Origin: Anaeramoeba ignava BMAN
Taxonomy: Eukaryota; Protista; Anaeramoebae
Direction of reading: 5' to 3'
Assembly: GCA_028826165.1 (NCBI GenBank)
Contig: JAPDFW010000066.1
Span: 448,275-512,274, forward strand
Length of the DNA stretch: 64,000 bases
The number at the start of each line of letters is the position of its first letter. Position 1 is the first letter of the stretch. The translations under genes and the position numbers were made by a program. Positions 14,401 to 26,744 of the stretch are shown piece after piece. Under the pieces are notes generated by a model. The model worked only from the letters and a program-made list of their open reading frames with translations, was not told the origin of the DNA and searched no databases.

Positions 14401-15383
14401 TTATAAAATTATTTATAAAATTAATTATAAAATTAAATTAATTATAAAATTAAATATAAAATTAAATATAAAATTATTTTATAAAATTAAATATAAAATT
14501 AAATATAAAATTAAATATAAAATTAATTGTAAAATTAAATGTAAAAATTATTTATAAAATTATTTATAAAATTATTTTATAAAATTATTTATAAAATTAT
14601 TTATAAAATTATTTATAAAATTATTTATAAAATTATTTATTAAATTAATTATAAAATTAAATATAAAATTAATTATAAAATTATTTGTAAAATTAAATGT
14701 AAAATTATTTATAAAATTATTTATAAAATTATTTATAAAATTAAATATAAAATTATTTATAAAATTATTTATAAAATTATTTATAAAATTAATTATAAAA
14801 TTAAATATAAATTTATTTATAAAATTAAATATAAAATTATTTATAAAATTATTTATAAAATTATTTATAGAATTATTTATAAAATTATTTATAAAATTAA
14901 ATATAAAATTATTTATAAAATTATTTACATATTTATAAATAGGATCCTTTTATAAATGATTCTGATGATGATAACCAAAATGTATCCAATTCCACTTCCG
15001 ATTCAGAATATGTTCCAAGTAATTCAGAAAGTGAAAAAGAAGTTAAACAAGAAAAAAAACAAAGAATTGATATTAATTCAATTTCATCAAATTTTCAAAT
15101 TGAAGAATTTTTACCAAATTTTTTCAATCAATTAAAATTTTTAATTGATGAAAAATTTTTATCAAATTCTAAAAAAAGAAAATCAATAATTAGACTTATT
15201 ATTGCTTATGGAGGAATTGTTCAAAATTTTAAAGATTCTTCAATTAATTTTATTGTTGTTAATCAAAATTTTGCAAAAAGTTTCACAGAAAAATCAAATG
15301 CAAAATTTATTTCTTTAAAATGGATTGAATTATGTGATGAAAAACAAGAAAGATTAGATCCAAAACCTTATATAATTAAATAA
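11476..15383 (+). CDS. XRCC1: DNA repair scaffold XRCC1 (N-terminal domain + two BRCT domains)
   Basis: N-domain CSSQ..PAINIL..W..NAGSHCVEILVG..LMSPNEIK..WDQIMI..IGLSY; BRCT1 GVLFTLSGFQGDERKELREKGIKLGAKY..CTH (12847-13009); BRCT2 LPNFF..IIAYGG..KWIELCDEKQ (14943-15383). The middle part is garbled and there is a frameshift in the KD repeat. Confidence 0.85.
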
Positions 15384-15561
15384 AAGAAAACCTTTATTTT
15401 TTTTAATTAAAAATTTTTTTTTTTATTTTTTCGTAATTTTGAGTTAAAATTAGTAATTATTTTAAAAACAAAAAAAAACAAAAAAAAATTTTTTTTCTTT
15501 TTTTTTTAATTTTATTTTTCATTTTTTTTTTCATTTTCTTGTTCAATTTAAATTTTTTAGA

Positions 15562-17292
15562 ATGAAGTTTGTTTTATTTTTTAAAATATAAAATACATAA
15601 AAATTAAAAATTATAAATTATAAATTTTTAAAACATTTAGACTTGAAATTTGTTCATTCAGTGGCACAAAAATTGTTCCAGGAAGAGGAATGCGTTTTGT
15701 TAGAAGTGATGGAAAAGTATTTTATTATTTTTAAACAATTAAAAAAAATTTTTTTAATTATTTTATTTTTAATTTTTTAATTTTTAAAAAAAAAAAAGTC
15801 TTTTATTTTCTTCAGTAAAAAATGTTATTCTTTATTTGATAACAAGAAAAATCCAAGAAAAATTGCATGGACACAATTTTATAGAAGAATCCATAAAAAA
15901 GTAATTTATAAAATTATTTATAAAATTATTTATAAAATTACAATTTTTATTTATAAAATTAAATTTAAATTTAAAATTATTAATAAAATTAAATATTAAA
16001 TTATTTATTAAATTAAATATAAAATTCATTTATAAAATTAAATATAAAATTAAATATAAAATTATTTATAAAATTAAAATTAAAAATCAGAAAAATTAAA
16101 ATTCAATTATAAAATTAATATAAAATTATTTATAAAATAAAAATTAAAATTATTTATAAAATTATTTATAAAATTATTTATAAAATTATTTTATAAAATT
16201 ATTTATAAAATTATATATAAAAATTAAATATAAAATTAAATAAAAATAAAAATTAAAAAAATTATAAAAATATATAAAATTAATTATAAAATTATTTATA
16301 AAATTATTTATATAATTAAAATTAAAATTTAAATTTAATATTATTTATAAAATTATTTTATAAAATTATTTTTTATAAAATTATTTTATAAAATTATTTA
16401 TAAAATTATTTATAAAATTATTTTATAAAATTATTTATAAATTATTTATAAAATTATTTATAAAATTATTTATAAAATTATTTATAAAATTATTTATAAA
16501 ATTATTTATAAAATTATTTATAAAAATTTATAAAATTATTTTATAAAAATTTATAAAATTATTTTATAAAATTATTTAGAAAAATTATTTATAAAATTAT
16601 TTATAAAATTATTTATAAAATTATTTATAAAAATTTATAAAAATTTATAAAATTATTTATAAAATTATTTATAAAATTATTTATAAACTTATTTATAAAA
16701 TTATTTTATAAAAATTTATAAAATTTATAAAATTATTTATAAAATTATTTATAAAATTATTTATAAAATTATTTATAAAATTATTTATAAAATTATTTAT
16801 AAAATTATTTATAGAATTATTTATAAATTATTTATAAAATTAATTATAAAATTATTTATAAAATTATTTATAAAATTATTTATAAAATTATTTATAAAAT
16901 TATCTATAAAATTATTTATAAAATTAAAATTAAAATTATTTATAAAATTAATATTAAAAAATGTTTAGAATGAAGATGCTTTTATTAAAAAAAAAAAAAC
17001 AAGAAGAGTTCAGAAATATCAAAGAGGAATTGAAGGAGCATCAATAGAACAAATTAAAGCAAGAAGACAACAAAAACCAGAAGTTAGACAACAATTAAGA
17101 GAAGAAGCAATTAAAGAATTAAAAGCAAGAAAACAACAAAAAGAAGAACAAAGAAAGAAATTATCTCAACAGAAAAAAAAGGTTTCAAAAGACACTAAAG
17201 TTGCTCAAAAAATTTCTAATCGTGAAAAAAAGAAAATGCAAAAAAGTCAAAATCGTGGAAAAGTTTCTCAACAATCTGGCAAAAGATACTAA
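15562..17292 (+). CDS. RPL24: 60S ribosomal protein L24 (eL24), 4 exons
   Basis: Exons 15562-15566, 15641-15716, 15799-15900, 16969-17292: [54 protein letters not shown]. Confidence 0.93.
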
Positions 17293-17565
17293 TTTCTATT
17301 TTTTTTCCGTTTTTTTTTCTTTCATTTTTTTTTTACATTCCAATTCCCCTTTCAATTTTTTCGTTTCTCATCATAATTTCTCATTTTTCTTTTTAAAATC
17401 AACTAGAAAATAAAGTCTCAAAAATCAATAAAATTAAATTTGAATTTTGATTTCATTTTAAAGAAATTCACCAAGTCAACAAAAATAACGGTTTTTGGAG
17501 ATCTTTTTCTTGGAAACTTTTCATTTTATTAAAAATATCCACTTTTTTCATTTTTTTTTTCTTTA

Positions 17566-20116
17566 ATGAGTTTTGAATGCCCAATTTGTTTTGAGCGTTA
17601 TTCTTCACAAAGAAAACCTTATACGATTTGTCAAGAAGGTCATTGTGTTTGTGAATTATGTTTACAACAACTTGTTGAATGCCCATTCTGCAGAGTTTCA
17701 TTGGATTATTATCCACAAACTTTCAATCGAACACTTTTACAAGAAATGGAAGAACAAGAAAGGAAAAAATTGGAAAAAAAGAAAAAGAAAATGCAACAAA
17801 TTCAACAAGAAAAAATTGAACAACAAAAAGTGGTGAATTGGGAAGGTGAATTGTTATTTTTCTCATTTTCTCATTTTGATCTTATTTTTTCTCTAAATTT
17901 TTAGTAATTCCTCTGATATCAATATCAAAAAAATAAATTCCAATGCAAAGAAAAGTTTCTTTGAAGCAATGATCAAAGCAATGAATAATTTCCAAATTAA
18001 ATTCTTTTTAAAAACAAATTCTTTTAATTTTAATGTAATTTTAAATTCAAAATTAATTTAAAAATTAGAAAATCAAAAAGAAATTCAAGAAAAGAAAGGA
18101 ATTGCATGAATAATTTCCCAAAATGAAAAATATCAACAATGAATAATTTCCCAAATAATGAAAATATTCAATATCAAGGATGTGAAGTTTCAATCTTATA
18201 TAATTTCCCAAATAATGAAAATCATTCATTTAATAATCAAGGTAAATTTCCTTTTTTTAAAACAAATTCTTTAATTTTAATGTAATTTTAAATTCAAAAT
18301 TAATTTAAAAATTAGAAAATCAAAAAGAAATTCAAGAAAAGAAAGGAATTGAAGCAATAATCAAAGCAATGAATAATTTCCCAAATAGTGAAAATATTCA
18401 ATATCAAGGATGTGAAGTTTTAAAAAATATTTCACTTAATAATCAAGGTAAATTTTTCATTTCTTTTAAAACAATTATCTAGTTCAAATTAATCTTAATT
18501 CTTTTTCAAATTGAATATTCATACTTTTTTTCTTCCTTAATTCGAAATAGAAATGCAGATCCATTTTCAATTCCCCATTTTGAACACCCAAAATTCCACA
18601 AACCAATTCGGGAAGAAGATAAACTGGTCACCGATCAGTAACAAGAACAAGGAAAAAGATTTACAAGATTATCACCAGAGGAAAAAGCAGAAAAAAAAGG
18701 AAAAGAAAAGGAAGGCAACAGAAATTGTGATGAAAGATAAATACAAAAAAACCAAAAGAAAAAAGGAAATAATTCCAACGTTAGATTTGAATCTTATATC
18801 CATAATTATTCAAGCAATGAATAATTTCCCAAATAGTGAAAATATTCAATATCAAGGATGTGAAGTTTTAAAAAATCTTTCATTTAATAATCAAGGTAAA
18901 TTTCTTTTTTTTTTTTTTTAAAACAAGAATTATTTTCATTCTAATTAACCAAAATTTCAATTCCCAAACCCTTAAATTAAAGCAAAAAAGAAAAACAACA
19001 ACGAATCTCACAATCAATTCCAAAATCCTATTGTTCTTAAATCTCAAAATCAATATCGAATTCAAAGTGGATATTCTTATAAAAATCAACCTCAAAGACG
19101 ATCTGGAAATCAGTTTCAGAGTCAAGTCCAAAATCAAACAAAGATTCGAGTGTTGAAAGGAATTGAAGCAATAATCAAAGCAATGAATAATTTCCCAAAT
19201 AGTGAAAAAATTCAATATCAAGGATGTGGAGCTTTAAAAAATCTTTCATTTAATAATCAAGGTAATTTTTCATTTCTTTTAAAACAAGAATTATTTTCTT
19301 TCAAATTAATTCTAATCCTTTCCAAAACCAAATTTAAAAATTAGAAAATCAAACAAGGATTCGAGAATTGAAAGGAATTGAAGCAATAATCAAAGCAATG
19401 AATAATTTCCCAAATAATGAAAAAATTCAATATCAAGGATGTGGAGCTTTAAAAAATCTTTCATTTAATAATCAAGGTAATTTTTCATTTCTTTTAAAAC
19501 AAGAATTATTTTCTTTCAAATTAATTCTAATCCTTTCCAAAACCAAATTTAAAAATTAGAAAATCAAACAAAGATTCGAGAATTGAAAGGAATTGAAGCA
19601 ATAATCAAAGCAATGAATAATTTCCCAAATAGTGAAAAAATTCAATATCAAGGATGTGGAGTTTTAAAAAAACTTTCACTTAATAATCAAGGTAATTTTT
19701 CATTTCTTTTAAAACAAGAATTATTTTAATTTCAAATTAATTCTAATCCTTTCCAAAACCAAATTTAAAAATTAGAAAATCAAACAAAGATTCGAGTGTT
19801 GAAAGGAATTGAAGCAATAATCAAAGCAATGAATAATTTCCCAAATAATGAAAAAATTCAATATAAAGGATGTGGAGCTTTAAAAAATCTTTCACTTAAT
19901 AATCAAGGTAAATTTTCATTTCTTTTAAAACAAGAATTATTTTAATTTCAAATTAATTCTAATCCTTTCCAAAACCAAATTTAAAAATTAGAAAATCTTG
20001 ATGAAATCCAAAGTTTACAAGGAATTCAATTAATAATTAATTTGATGAATAATTTCCCAAATAACTCATCTCTTCAAGAAATAGCTTGCGAAACTTTATC
20101 TCAATTAATGAATTAA
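17566..20116 (+). CDS. RING (C3HC4) + armadillo-repeat protein, copy 1 (partly disrupted)
   Basis: CPIC..C.EGH..C..C....CPFC, followed by repeated exons encoding GIEAIIKAMNNFPNSENIQYQGCxxLKNLS. 17905-18240 is scrambled. Confidence 0.75.
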
Positions 20117-20296
20117 ATTGGAAAAGAAAACTCAATAATTACTCTTTTCTCTTTTTCAAAATTCCATTTTATTTTTCTTTCCTTTAATCATTAAATAAGA
20201 AACAAAATCAATAAAATTAAATTTTGATTTTTGATTTTATTTAAAAGAAAATAATCTTTTTTAAAAAAATGGAAAATAAATGTTTTCTTTTGTTTT

Positions 20297-20521
20297 TTAA
20301 TCATTTAAATCATCTAATTCTTTTTCTTCTCTAAAACGAGGATTTTTTTGAGTTTTTTGATTATTTTCTCGAATTCTTTTAATTTCTTCAAAATTTTGAT
20401 TTCTGTGAAAATTCTTTCTATTAATTCTTGTTTCTTTTGATCTTTCAGTCATTGTTTGACTTTTTTTTAATCCATAACCACCTCTTCCTGGATCATAATC
20501 ATCTCTATATTCATCTCTAAC
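20297..20521 (-). pseudogene. Orphan duplicate of NCBP2 last exon
   Basis: Essentially identical to 24786-25010 ([17 protein letters not shown]..), with part of the upstream intron but no exons 1-2. Confidence 0.9.
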
Positions 20522-21005
20522 CTAAAAATATTTTTGAATTTTTCAATTTGAATTTGATTTTGATTTTCATTTTGATTTGATTTTGATTTTAATTTTGATT
20601 TTGATTTTGAATTTGAATTTTGATTTTGATTTGAATTTTATTTTGATTTTGATTTTGATTTTGATTTTGATTTTGATTTTGAATTTTGATTTTGATTTTG
20701 ATTTTAAATTTAATTTTGATTTTGATTTTTATTTTCATTTTCATTTTGATTTTGATTTTGATTTTGAATTTAATTTTGAATTTGAATTTTGAATTTTGAT
20801 TTTGATTTTAAATTTGAATTTGAATTTGAATTTGAATTTGAAATTGATATTGATTTTAATTTTGATTTTGAATTTGATTTTGAATTTTATTTAAATCAGA
20901 CAATCATCAAAATGAGTCATTTTTGTTTTTAAAATTGTCCACTTTTTGTTTTTATTTAAAAACCAATTTTCAAAAAGTCGACTTTTTTCATTTTTTTTTT
21001 CATAA

Positions 21006-24000
21006 ATGAGTTTTGAATGCCCAATTTGTTTTGAGCGTTATTCTTCAAAAAGAAAACCCTATACAATTTGTCAAGAAGGTCATTGTATTTGTGGATTATG
21101 TTTACAACAACTTGCTGAATGCCCATTCTGCAGAGTTTCATTGGATTATTATCCACAAACTTTCAATCGAACACTTTTACAAGAAATGGAAGAACAAGAA
21201 AGGAAAAAATTGGAAAAAAAGAAAAAGAAAATGCAACAAATTCAACAAGAAAAAATTGAACAACAAAAAGAGGTGAAATTAGAAGGTGAATTGTTATTTT
21301 TCTCATTTTCTCATTTTGATCTTATTTTTTCTCTAAATTTCTTTCTTATCTATTTTAAATTTTTTAGTAATTCCTCCTGATCAATATCAAAAAGAAAAGT
21401 TGAAAGGAATTGAAGCAATGATCAAAGTAATGAATAATTTCCCAAATAATGAAAATATTCAATATCAAGGATGTCAAAGTTTAACTGCTTTTGCTCTGAA
21501 AAATCAAGGTAAATTTCCTTTTTTTAAAGCAAATTCTTTAATTTTAATGTAATTTTAAATTCAAAATTAATTGAAAAATTAGAAAATCAAAAAGAAATTC
21601 AAGAAAAGAAAGGAACTGAAGCAATAATCAAAGCAATGAATAATTTCCCAAATAGTGAAAACATTCAAAATCAAGGATGTGAAGCTTTAAAAAATATTTC
21701 ACTTAATAATCAAGGTAAATTTTTCATTTCTTTTAAAACAATTATTTAGTTCAAATTAATTTTAATCTTTTTCAATTTAATTTTTAATCCAAAACAAATT
21801 TTAAATTTAATTCCAAAACTAATTTAAAAATTAGAAAATCAAAAAGAAATTCGAGAAAAGAAAGGAATTGAAGCAATAATCAAAGCAATGAGTAATTTCC
21901 CAAATAGTGAAAACATTCAATATAAAGGATGTGAAATTTTAAAAAATCTTTCACTTAATAATCAAGGTAAATTTTTCATTTCTTTTTAAAACAATTATTT
22001 AGTTCAAATTAATTTTAATCTTTTTCAATTTAATTTTTAATTCCAAAACAAATTTTAAATTTAATTCCAAAACTAATTTAAAAATTAGAAAATCAAAAAG
22101 AAATTCAAGAAAAGAAAGGAACTGAAGCAATAATCAAAGCAATGAATAATTTCCCAAATAGTGAAAATATTCAATATAAAGGATGTGAAATTTTAAAAAA
22201 TATTTCACTTAATAATCAAGGTAATTTTTCATTTCTTTTAAAACAATTATTTAGTTCAAATTAATTTTAATCTTTTTCAATTTAATTTTTAATCCAAATA
22301 AAATTTTAAATTTAATTCCAAAACCAAATTTAAAAATTAGAAAATCAAAAAGAAATTCAAGAAAAGAAAGGAACTGAAGCAATAATCAAAGCAATGAATA
22401 ATTTCCCAAATAGTGAAAATATTCAATATCAAGGATGTGAAGTTTTAAAAAATCTTTCACTTAATAATCAAGGTAATTTTTCATTTCTTTTAAAACAATT
22501 ATTTAGTTCGAATTCATCTTAATTCTTTTTCAAATTGAATATTCATACTTTTTTTTCTTCCTTAATTCGAAATAGAAATGCAGATCCATTTTCAATTCCC
22601 CATTTTGAACACCCAAAATTCCACAAACCAATTCGGGAAGAAGATAAACTGGTCACCGATCAGTAACAAGAACAAGGAAAAAGATTTAAAAGGTTATTAC
22701 CAGAGGAAAAAGCAGAAAAAAAAGGAAAAGAAAAGGAGGCAAAATCAAAATAGAATCAATCACCAAAAGAAAAGCAATTCTATTTTCGGTTTCTTCAAAG
22801 AAGACTACAAAGAAAAAGATAAAAGTAAAAAAGATAAAAAAGAAAAAGATAAAAAAAGTAAAAAAGATAAAAAAGATAAATACAGAGAAAAGGATAAATA
22901 CAAAGAAGAAAATGAAAACCAAAAAATTCCAACATTAGATTTGAATCTTATATCCATAATTATTAAAGCAATGAATAATTTCCCAAATAGTGAAAATATT
23001 CAATATCAAGGATGTGAAGTTTTAAAAAATCTTTCACTTAATAATCAAGGTAAATTTTTCATTTCTTTAAAACAAAAATTTAGTTCAAATTAATTTTAAT
23101 CTTTTTCAATTTAATTTTTAATTCCAAAACAAATTTTAAATTTAATTCCAAAATTAATTTAAAAATTAGAAAATCAAAAAGAAATTCAAGAAAAGAAAGG
23201 AATTGAAGCAATAATCAAAGCAATGAATAATTTCCCAAATAGTGAAAATATTCAATATAAAGGATGTGAAATTTTAAAAACTCTTTCACTTAATAATCAA
23301 TGTAAATTTCTTTTTTTTTAAAACAAGAATTATTTATTTCCATTCGAATTAATTCTAATTTTTTCCAAATCAACTTCAATCCAATGCTTCAGATATCCAA
23401 ATTCATTTCATATTTGAAATTGATGAGAAAAGCAAAACTCATAAGAACTCCATTCCTCAATCCAATAGGAATCAAAATCCAATTTATAATCGAAATCAAA
23501 ATCCAATTTATAATCGAAATCAAAATCCAATTTATAATCGAAATCAAAATCCAATTTATAATCAAAATCAATATCAAATTCGAAACCGAAATCAAAATCC
23601 AATTTATAATCAAAATAAATATCAAAATCAATATCAAAATCAATATCAAAATCAATATCAAAATCAATATCAAAATCAATATCAAAATCAAATTCAAATT
23701 GAATTTGAAAGTGAATCTGAAAGTGAATCTGAAAGTGAATATGAAAATGAAAACCAAAAAATTCCAAAATTACATTTGAATGTGATATCCATAATTATCA
23801 AAGCAATGAATAATTTCCCAAATAATGAAAATATTCAATATCAAGGATGTGAAGTTTTAAAAAATCTTTCATTTAATAATCAAGGTAATTTTTCTTTTTT
23901 TTTAAAACAAGAATTATTTATTTCCATTCGAATTAATCCTAATCTTTTTCAAATTAATTTTTAATCCAAATCAAATTTTAAATTTAATTCCAAAATTAAT

Positions 24001-24611
24001 TTAAAAATTAAAAAATCAAAAAGAAATTCGAGAAAAGAAAGGAATTGAAGCAATAATCAAAGCAATGAATAATTTCCCAAATAATGAAAATATTCAATAT
24101 CAAGGATGTGAAGTTTTAAAAAATCTTTCATTTAATAATCAAAGTAAATTTTCTTTTTTTTTAAAACAAGAATTATTTATTTCCATTCGAATTAATCCTA
24201 ATCTTTTTCAAATTAATTTTTAATCCAAATCAAATTTTAAATTTAATTCCAAAATTAATTTAAAAATTAAAAAATCAAAAAGAAATTCGAGAAAAGAAAG
24301 GAATTGAAGCAATAATCAAAGCAATGAATAATTTCCCAAATAGTGAAAATATTCAATATAAAGGATGTGAAGCTTTAAAAAATCTTTCATTTAATAATCA
24401 AGGTAAATTTTCATTTCTTTTAAAACAAGAATTATTTTAATTTCAAATTAATTCTAATCCTTTCCAAAACCAAATTTAAAAATTAGAAAATCTTGATGAA
24501 ATCCAAAGTTTACAAGGAATTCAATTAATAATTAATTTGATGAATAATTTCCCAAATAACTCATCTCTTCAAGAAATAGCTTGCGAAACTTTATCTCAAT
24601 TAATGAATTAA
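21006..24611 (+). CDS. RING (C3HC4) + armadillo-repeat protein, copy 2 (~11 ARM exons)
   Basis: Same RING exon. ARM exons begin at ~21368, 21583, 21835, 22089, 22341, 22576, 23170, 23394, 24012, 24271 and 24487. Confidence 0.8.
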
Positions 24612-24785
24612 ATTGGAAAAGAAAGCTCAATAATTACTCTTTTCTCTTTTTCAAAATTTTATTTTTCTTTCCTTTAATCATTAAATAAGAAACAAAATCA
24701 ATAAAATTAAATTTGATTTTTGATTTTATTTAAAAGAAAATAATCTTTTTTAAAAAAATGGAAAATAAATGTTTTCTTTTGTTTT

Positions 24786-26622
24786 TTAATCATTTAAATC
24801 ATCTAATTCTTTTTCTTCTCTAAAACGAGGATTTTTTTGAGTTTTTTGATTATTTTCTCGAATTCTTTTAATTTCTTCAAAATTTTGATTTCTGTGAAAA
24901 TTCTTTCTATTAATTCTTGTTTCTTTTGATCTTTCAGTCATTGTTTGACTTTTTTTTAATCCATAACCACCTCTTCCTGGATCATAATCATCTCTATATT
25001 CATCTCTAACCTAAAAATATTTTTGAATTTTTGGATTTTGATTTATAATTTGATTTTAATTTTAAAATTTTGATTTTGATTTTGAATTTGATTTTTGATT
25101 TTGAATTTGATTTTAATTTTGATTTTGATTTTGATTTTGATTTTGATTTTGATTTTGATTTTGATTTTAGTTTTGATTTTAAATTTGAATTTGAATTTGA
25201 TTTTGAATTTTGATTTTGATTTTTAATTTTGATTTTGAATTTGAATTTGAATTTGATTTTGAATTTGAATTTGATTTTGATTTTGATTTATTTTGATTTT
25301 GATTTTGATTTTGATTTTGATTTTGATTTTGATTTTGATTTTGATTTTGATTTTGAATTTAAAATTTTAATTTTAATTTATAATTTGATTTTGAATTTGA
25401 TTTTAAATTTGGATTTGAATTTTGATTTGAATTTTGATTTTGAATTTAAATGAATGATGAATAAAAATAAAAGAATTAAGTACTTGACCACCACTTCTTC
25501 CTCTTCCATATTGTCTTCCTTCAATAAAACCAGTATCAAGATCAGTTCTAATAACTCTTTCATCCAAACGACTTCCATTAATATATCTCAAACATTTCAA
25601 AGCATCTTGTTTTTCAAAATATTCAACAAAACAAAAACCACAAGGAGTTTTAGTTTTTTTATTTAATCCCATAACAACCTTTTTGATTTCTCCACATCGA
25701 GAAAATAAAGCATATATTTGCTCTTCTGATGTATAAAAAGAAAGATTTCCAACATATATTGTTGTTGATCGTTTTAATTTTTTGTCTCTTTCCCCATCTG
25801 TTCCCTTTTGATTTTAATTTTGATTTGAATTTGAATTTTAATTTAATTTTGAATTTGATTTTGATTTTTAATTTGATTTTGATTTTGAATTTGAATTTGA
25901 ATTTGATTTTGAATTTTGATTTTGATTTTGAATTTGAATTTGAATTTGAATTTTTGATTTTGATTTTGATTTTAATTTGAATTTAATTTTAATTTTGATT
26001 TTGAATTTAATTTTGATTTTGATTTTGAATTTAAATTTGAATTTTGAATTTGAATTTGATTTTGATTTTGAATTTGAATTTTGAATTTGAATTTGAATTT
26101 GAATTTGAATTTGAATTTGATTTTGAATTTGATTTTGAATTTGAATTTAATTTTAAATTTTAATTCTGATTTTGATTTTTAATTTGATTTTGAATTTGAA
26201 TTTGAATTTAAATTTAATTTTGGATTTGAATTTAATTTTGAATTTGAATTTTGAATTTTTAATTTTGAATTTGATTTTGATTTTGATTTTGATTTTGATT
26301 TTGAATTTGAATTTGAATTTAATTTTGATTTTGAATTTGATTTTGATTTTGAATTTAAATTTGAATTTGATTTTGATTTTTATTTTGAATTTCATTTTGA
26401 TTTTGATTTTGAATTTGATTTTGATTTTGAATTTGAATTTAAATTTTAATTTTAATTTTAATTTTGATTTTGAATTTGAATTTGATTTTGAATTTGATTT
26501 TGAATTTGAATTTTAAATTTGATTTTGAAATTTAATTTGAATTTGAAATTGAAATTGAATACAGGAAATCTTGAATCTTTATAATGAGACTTTCCTTCAT
26601 CTTGTAAAAATAAATGAGACAT
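24786..26622 (-). CDS. NCBP2: Nuclear cap-binding protein subunit 2 (CBP20)
   Basis: Exons 26622-26563, 25804-25484, 25010-24786: [48 protein letters not shown]. Confidence 0.96.
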
Positions 26623-26744
26623 TTTTAAATTTTATTAAATAATAAATTTATTTTAAAAAAAAAGGAAAAAAATGAAAAAAAAAATTTAAAAAAAAAATCA
26701 TTTTTTTCAATTTTATTTTGTTTAAAAAAATTAATTTGTTAAAA

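Noticed and set aside
18069-24402. CRISPR-like regular repeats
   Set aside because: The repeats are coding exons and the 'spacers' are near-identical GT-AG introns; the context is eukaryotic with no cas genes.
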